A stretch of DNA of 63,410 nt from Lama guanicoe (taxonomy: Eukaryota): contig MU053934.1 of the NCBI GenBank assembly GCA_013239625.1, forward strand, positions 582,074 through 645,483, read 5' to 3'. The position numbers were made by a program, and so were the translations under genes. The notes under the pieces were generated by a model. That model saw only the letters and a list, made by a program, of their open reading frames with translations. It was not told where the DNA came from and made no database searches. How positions within the stretch are numbered: the first letter of the stretch is position 1; each line of letters opens with the position of its first letter. This document shows, in pieces, positions 62,052 through 63,410 of the stretch.

Positions 62052-62265
62052 AGTAACAGCTAATCCTTGTTGAGCATTTAATGTATGTCAGACGTTGCAC
62101 CCCCTAAGTGCTTTAGATGCATTATTTTTCAACTCTCATGACAAAGGGGACGGTTCTATTCTTATCCTGTTGCTCAGAAGACTAAGATGAAGCTCAGAGA
62201 GGTTAAGGAACACGCCCAGGATGCCACAGCTCGAGTGAAGGAGGCAGAGTTCAAAGTCAGGGGTG
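62052..62265 (-). mobile_element. MIR SINE
   Basis: ttgagcatttaatgtatgtcagac..ctaagtgctttagatgcatta..gctcagagaggttaagg..gcccaggatgccacagct. Confidence 0.75.
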
Positions 62266-62628
62266 TTATGTCTCCCCACCCCTGCGCTCTCAGATAGGAT
62301 GCGGTGCTGCCTCAAGAAGCAGCAGAACCCATTCCTCTCCTGCGTTTGCTGCAAAACTCCCGGTGAGGACATTATCTTTCACCCTCCAGAATCTTCCTAT
62401 GCAAGGACACTGTTTAGAAAATTCTCCCAAAATTTACTACTAGGGGTGATGTGCTTCCCCTGGGGGGAAGGGCTTGCTGTTGATGTTGGATTTTGTGTTT
62501 TGTGTCACGTTGTGATTTTTACTCTCTATTAACAGAAAGGAGTGCCATCATGGGAAATAACAAAGAGTTAGGAATCAGAAAGGTCTGGTTTAGGATGCTC
62601 GCTGGGAATCAGAACTTGATGGGCTTAA

Positions 62629-62849
62629 CTATGGAGGACAGTATGGAGTTCCCTTAAAAAACTAAAAATAGACTTTACCATAAGATAAAGCAATCCTATT
62701 CCTGGGCATATACCTGGAGGAAATTATAATTCAAAAAGACACCTGCACCCCAATGTTCACAGCAGCACTATTTACAATAGCCAAGACATGGAAGCAACCT
62801 AAATGTCCATCAATAGATGACTGGATAAAGAAGTTGTGGTATACACACG

Positions 62850-62883
<34 letters not shown>

Positions 62884-63064
62884 GGAATATTACTCAGCCA
62901 TAAAAATGAAGTAGTGCCATTTGCAACAACATGGAAGGATGTAGAGATTACCATACTGAGTGAAGTACATCAGACAGAGACAGACAAATATCATATGATA
63001 TCACTTATAAGTAGAATCTAAAAAAAAAGATATGAATTCTATTTACAAACTAAAAGAAAAAAAA
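62629..63064 (+). mobile_element. L1 fragment truncated at both ends, with A tail and TSD; contains an internal (CA)n
   Basis: ORF2 C-terminal homology (PFATTWKDVEITILSEV..DKYHMISL); 18-bp TSD AGAACTTGAT(G/T)GGC(T/C)TAA at 62611-62628 and 63065-63082. Confidence 0.9.
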
Positions 63065-63244
63065 AGAACTTGATTGGCCTAATCGCAGCTGTTTGCTTAC
63101 ATAACTTCATAAAGTGAGTTGTTTTATCTCTTTGAGCCTTGATTAATTTCCTTTCTAAAATGGGTACCGTAATAGCAAATTTAGACATCACTGTGAGTGT
63201 TGGACATAAGGTATGTGAAAGGACAGTCATAGTAGTAATGTGTC

Positions 63245-63410
63245 TTTTTTTTTACATTTTTTATTGATTCATAATCATTTTACAGTGTTGTGTCAAATTC
63301 CAGTGTTCAGCACAATTTTTCAGTCATTCATGGACATATACACACTCATTGTCACATTTTTTTTTTTTTGATTTATCATAACATTTTGTGTATATTTCCC
63401 TGTGCTATAC
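63245..63410 (-). mobile_element. L1 3'UTR end, cut by window end
   Basis: T tail, then ttttattgattcataatcattttacagtgttgtgtcaaattccagtgttcagcac..ttccctgtgctatac; homologous to the other L1 3'UTRs here. Confidence 0.88.

Noticed and set aside
1..63410. A novel multi-gene system (defence island, operon, programmable nuclease locus)
   Set aside because: The window is mammalian intronic/upstream DNA with no supported coding genes; nothing in the sequence supports such a system.

Overview
Mammalian genomic DNA, most likely from a camelid: it carries four tRNA-Ala(AGC)-derived SINEs of the camelid vic-1 type and artiodactyl-type L1 3' ends. I found no credible protein-coding exon. The ORF track is explained by chance ORFs, simple repeats, GC-rich CpG-island sequence and decayed L1 ORF2. 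The main functional landmark is a CpG-island promoter at about 48.5-50.8 kb, with GC boxes, a CCAAT box and a 23-N assembly gap. It contains a minus-strand non-coding exon ending in a strong donor (AAG|GTAAGA, exon end 48566). This implies that 1-48565 is part of a very long 5' intron of a minus-strand gene and that about 50.8-63.4 kb is upstream sequence. LARGE1 is my unverified guess for the gene. The rest is dense in interspersed repeats (MIR, L2, MLT1, LTR16-like, MER3/MER33/MER5A, a Tigger-like MITE, L1, SINEs), several nested and several with readable target-site duplications (TSDs). The most unusual observations are: a ~195-bp non-TE insertion with an 18-bp TSD (6009-6203); a 35-bp perfect dispersed duplication 1457 bp apart (45432/46889); a triplicated E-box inside an MLT1 LTR; a 3'-truncated but TSD-flanked L1; and AP-1/CTCF/RFX motif clusters. 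I see no support for a new multi-gene biological system. Repeat family names come from recalled consensus patterns, not a database search, and boundaries are approximate unless TSDs are cited.
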